Of a stretch of DNA of 64,000 nucleotides, positions 60,501-64,000 are shown piece by piece. Location of the stretch: NCBI GenBank assembly GCA_950097015.1, contig CATNEN010000033.1:2976001-3040000 (forward strand), written 5' to 3'. The DNA comes from Macrostomum hystrix (taxonomy: Eukaryota; Animalia; Platyhelminthes). Position 1 is the first letter of the stretch. The number at the start of each line of letters is the position of its first letter. The translations under genes and the position numbers were made by a program. The notes below the pieces were generated by a model. That model was not told the DNA's origin, searched no databases, and saw only the letters and a program-made list of their open reading frames with translations.

Positions 60501-63500
60501 GACAATTGTGCTACTTAGGCAACTGAAAACGAATTTAGTTTAGAAAAGCGGCAGCATTTGGAGTCAATCTCGAAGCAGCTAAAATATAATAGTAAGAATT
60601 TCCAGGTGGAAAATGGAAAATGGCGCAACAGCAGGCACTCACGCCTGGTCTCCACTTGACTGTCCTCGGCAGACACCGATGACGCCCGCGACGCCACCCT
60701 GGACTCGCCGACGCCGCCTCCACTGTCCGCCACTGAGCCCGCCGTGGACGTCGCGGTGGAGGTTCGAGATCTGGCCGTGGACCGGTTGCTGAGGTCCGTG
60801 CGCATCGAGGACCAGATCCGCGTACTGCGCCTGGCAGCCAGGCCTCCGATCTGCCATGGGAGAGAAGAGAATTTAAGTAGGCTATCATCCGGGGGCGAGT
60901 GGCTCAGCGGTTGACGCGTCTGCCTCTCGCAACAAGGCCCCTGAGCTCGATTTCAGCTTGGAGGCCACATAAAGTTTAGGGCGCAGTCGCGGAGAGAAGG
61001 CTTGGGGGCTTGTCGTGCAATTTACACCCTCGAGGGCTAACCTCCAAGGCACAGTGAAAGTGTAACTGAAACTGAAACAGTGAAACTGACTGACTGACGG
61101 TGAGAAAGTCAGCGCAGATGTAGACAGCTGTGTGAGTGCGTGCTTTTGTACGGTGTGTGTGTGTGTGTATGCTCAGGAGTCAGCGAAATGGGCAGAATTG
61201 CCTCCTCGCTCGCTGCGGGTCTAGTGTCACCAAATGATGTTCCATTTCCTACAGCCCTGAAACAATAATTATTATTATTTGGTTGTCATCCAACCAGCAA
61301 CTGACCTTGCTGACACCTGAGATCAGTCCTAATTCTCAGCTGACTCACCCGGTGTCTGCCGCGGCCGCTGACCAGGCTCTCCCACTCCTTGTTGACGGCG
61401 CCACCGCGCTCCTTGGCCTTGGCCGTCACCCACGTGCCGCCAATGTTCCTGCGCAACCGGTTGGAGTGCAAATAAGGGAGGCTGGGCTGCCATTATGGGC
61501 CACCAACACATCGCAGTTGTACCACTGTTACACCGAAACGCTCGTACTGTACCATGGTACTGTTACACCGAAACGCTCGTACTGTACAATGGTACTGTTA
61601 CACCAAAACGCTCGTACTGCACCATGGTACTGTTACACCAAAACGCTCGTACTGTACAATGGTACTGTTACACCAAAACGCTCGTACTGTACCATGGTAC
61701 TGTTACACCAAAACGCTCGTACTGTACCATGGTACTGTTACACCAAAACGCTCGTACTGTACCATGGTACTGTTACACCAAAACGCTCGTACTGTACAAT
61801 GGTACTGTTACACCAAAACGCTCGTACTGCACCATGGTACTGTTACACCAAAACGCTCGTACTGTACAATGGTACTGTTACACCAAAACGCTCGTACTGT
61901 ACCATGGTACTGTTACACCAAAACGCTCGTACTGTACCATGGTACTGTTACACCAAAACGCTCGTACTGTACCATGGTACTGTTACACCGAAACGCTCGT
62001 ACTGTACCATGGTACTGTTACACCAAAACGCTCGTACTGTACCATGGTACTGTTACACCGAAACGCTCGTACTGTACCATGGTACTGTTACACCAAAACG
62101 CTCGTACTGTACCATGGTACTGTTACACCAAAACGCTCGTACTGTACAATGGTACTTTTCCCAAAATTGCTCTCAACCAGACTGACTTGAGGCTCCAGCT
62201 GCTGCTGATGGGATTCATGAGATGCGGATCCTCCAGCAGCATGGCCTCCAGCAGCCAGTGCAGCGCGCACAGTTGCTTGAAGAGGCTCTCCATGAACTCC
62301 GGCTGCTCGGTCGCGTCCTCGTGCGTGCTGCACCAGGGCGCCTCCTCGGGATGGTCGCCGATATTCACGTGCAGCGGGGTGAAGGGCCGCGGCGGGTGGC
62401 TGCGTTTCTTGCGCCGACAATCCTGACGGCTCGACCGCGACGCCTGGTGCTGCTCTGGGCCTACCGAGCGGAAAGACCTGGCAGGAGGGCAGAAGGATTG
62501 GCTGCAACTGGGCGGTTTTCTTCTCCCCTTTCTGCCTCAACCTGTGCCTCAACCTCTGCCTCACCCTCTCTGCCTCACCCTCTATGCCTCACCACCTGCC
62601 TCACCCTCTCTGCCTCCCTACCTGCCTCACCCTCTATGCCTCACCCTCTCTGCCTCACCCTCTCTGCCTCACCCTCTATGCCTCACCCTCTATGCCTCAC
62701 CACCTGCCTCACCCTCTATGCCTCACCCTCTCTGCCTCACCCTCTATGCCTCACCACCTGCCTCACCCTCTATGCCTCACCCTCTGCCTCACCCACTCAC
62801 CAACCCATCAAGATATCAAGCTGGGCTGCCAGCCGCAGGGACTCACTCGATGTGCACCGAGTTGGCCGCCACGAAGTCCTCCTTGCCCTCGTCGTCAGAG
62901 GAGTCCTCGGCATCCGGCGGTGGCGGAGGCCGCGCCTCGGTGCGCGCCCTGAGCCGCTCCAGCTGGTCTTGTCGGATTTTTTCAGCCACCTGCGTTGGAA
63001 TGAACGCGAGGCCATGCAGGTTGAGAACACTACTCAGTTGAGTGCCGATGTCTCATCTCTCAAATATACTGTTAGACAGAAATCGATAATCAAACAGCTA
63101 TTCTCACCCGCTTTTCCTTCTCTTGATGCAAGTATTCGAAGTAACTCTTGCCGATGTTCATGTGCTTGCGGATGCTTCTACGGACGAGTAAGAAATCAAA
63201 TATTGTGGTATTTTCCATCCTTCGAAAGAGGGATTTTCCATGCAAATTTCCAACTCTCCACTAAAATCCGATTGCAGGGGAATTTTCCACCACCCCCTTT
63301 AGGGGCTGTAGGAAAAGACTTTCAATGAGCTTTCCACACTCCGGGAGTAAACATTTTCCCATGGCGGTCTACTCACGCCTCCAATTAAAACTCAACTCAC
63401 TCGGACTTTTGCAGCTCCGCCTTCAGATCTACCTTGACGTCCTTTCTAGATGCGATGAACAGCGAGGGATTCTGAAAAGCAAGTGAGTGATGAAATAGCG

Positions 63501-63776
63501 AAGATAAGAGGGGAAAGGTATTTTTTTTACAAAACAACTGCCGTAACATTCACAGCCGCCTACCACGTGCTTGGCCACCTTGTCCTCAGGCTTGAGATCC
63601 TGAGACTCCTGAGCTGGCGCTCGCTCCGGCTCCTTCTGACCCAGCGTGCTGAGAATCAGCTGCCGGTCGTCCAGGCACACCTCATCGCCGATGCATTCGT
63701 ACGGCTTCCAGGCCGGCGTGCGGAAGCCCTGGCAGCTCAGCTGGCGGTAACGACGGCTGTAGTTCTCGTGCCGAAC
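54546..63776 (-). CDS. CCDC60: CCDC60-like protein, 5' end truncated; exons 63776-63564, 62989-62847, 62477-62187, 61448-61349, 60850-60643, 58541-58407, 57651-57405, 57278-56885, 54977-54546
   Basis: Phase-consistent GT-AG exon chain. Motifs PRPFTP...LFKQLCALHWLLEAM, VREDAK, WYDSLMKSVP and VLETLRDWELCSPHVCAAVEFVR match my recollection of human CCDC60 (RPFTP...LFRQLCALHWLLEAL; VLQDLRIWELCSPDIAVAIEFVR). Not checked by a search. Confidence 0.8.
55024..55731. repeat. 32-bp GATC-rich minisatellite, about 22 copies, intronic
   Basis: Unit ctgatcaccgatcactgacatctgatctcagt. Confidence 0.96.
56043..56625 (+). mobile_element. Decayed Crypton-type (DUF3504-like) tyrosine recombinase fragment, antisense in a CCDC60 intron
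   Basis: FLALRGGSELRDL...SKTNQGGL...PKVV...CVFCMYKEYKSYRP...WY...YTNQSLRKTCATRLHEAGV...TGQSSAAVEGY. In-frame TAG at 56346 and a frameshift near 56455. Confidence 0.8.
56700..56820. repeat. ~31-bp repeat, about 4 copies, downstream of the recombinase fragment
   Basis: Unit cagcagtatatcacaggctgcagatggggtt with variants. Confidence 0.75.
59442..59734 (-). mobile_element. tRNA-like SINE, copy A (reverse orientation)
   Basis: Reverse complement aligns with 60891-61240 over about 290 bp. Confidence 0.78.
60891..61240 (+). mobile_element. tRNA-like SINE, copy B
   Basis: Head has A-box TGGCTCAGCGG (60900-60910) and degenerate B-box GAGCTCGATTTC (60943-60954), followed by a non-tRNA body with a TG-rich segment. 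Confidence 0.78.
61516..62156. repeat. 35-bp minisatellite, about 18 copies, filling a CCDC60 intron
   Basis: Unit tactgttacaccaaaacgctcgtactgtaccatgg. Confidence 0.95.
62531..62795. repeat. ~14-bp minisatellite, intronic
   Basis: Unit tgcctcaccctct(c/a). Confidence 0.9.
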
Positions 63777-63799
63777 CTGTCGGCGGGAGAGACAGGTGG

Positions 63800-64000
63800 C
63801 GGCTGTAGGAGATCGGAGTGGGGCTGTAGGAGATCGGAGCGGGGCTGTAGGAGATTGTAGTGTGGCTGTAGGAGATCGGAGCGGGGCTGTAAGAGATTGT
63901 AGTGTGGCTGTAGGAGATCGGAGCGGGGCCGTAGGAGATCGGAGTGGGGCTGTAGGAGATCGGAGCGGGGCTGTAAGAGATTGTAGTGTGGTTGTAGGAG
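63800..64000. repeat. ~21-bp minisatellite, runs off the window end
   Basis: Unit ggctgtaggagatcggag(c/t)gg with a ggctgtaggagattgtagtgt variant. Confidence 0.9.

Noticed and set aside
61283-62426. Three overlapping 230-300-aa repeat ORFs
   Set aside because: A 35-bp unit cycles through all frames; the array is intronic and antisense to CCDC60.

Overview
Eukaryotic (invertebrate animal) genomic DNA: GC-rich exons, short GT-AG introns, AT-rich intergenic DNA and very dense minisatellites. The overall style resembles a free-living flatworm such as Macrostomum, but that is an inference I cannot confirm. Genes supported from the sequence, left to right: 3' end of a fibrinogen-related (FReD) gene, an intronless orphan class A GPCR, stonin/Stoned-B, two tandem two-exon genes for ~40-aa Cys/His-rich microproteins that the ORF track misses entirely, a secreted PAN + ALK/LTK-type glycine-rich protein, an 8-exon Brahma/SMARCA2/4 SWI/SNF ATPase, a 2-exon Jun bZIP factor, an LDL-receptor-family gene with candidate alternative upstream exons, and the 3' nine exons of a CCDC60-like gene. 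Mobile DNA: three non-autonomous TIR transposon families with target-site duplications, a decayed Crypton-type tyrosine recombinase and an inverted pair of tRNA-like SINEs. About 20 tandem-repeat arrays. Top findings: the duplicated zinc-finger-like microprotein genes under evident purifying selection, a dual-use signal-peptide/splice-acceptor sequence that could give the LDLR two alternative N-termini, a Jun promoter with the motif set known from mammalian c-jun, and a triplicated Q/P/G/Y-rich N-terminus in Brahma. All exon boundaries were assembled by eye and were not checked against transcripts or databases.
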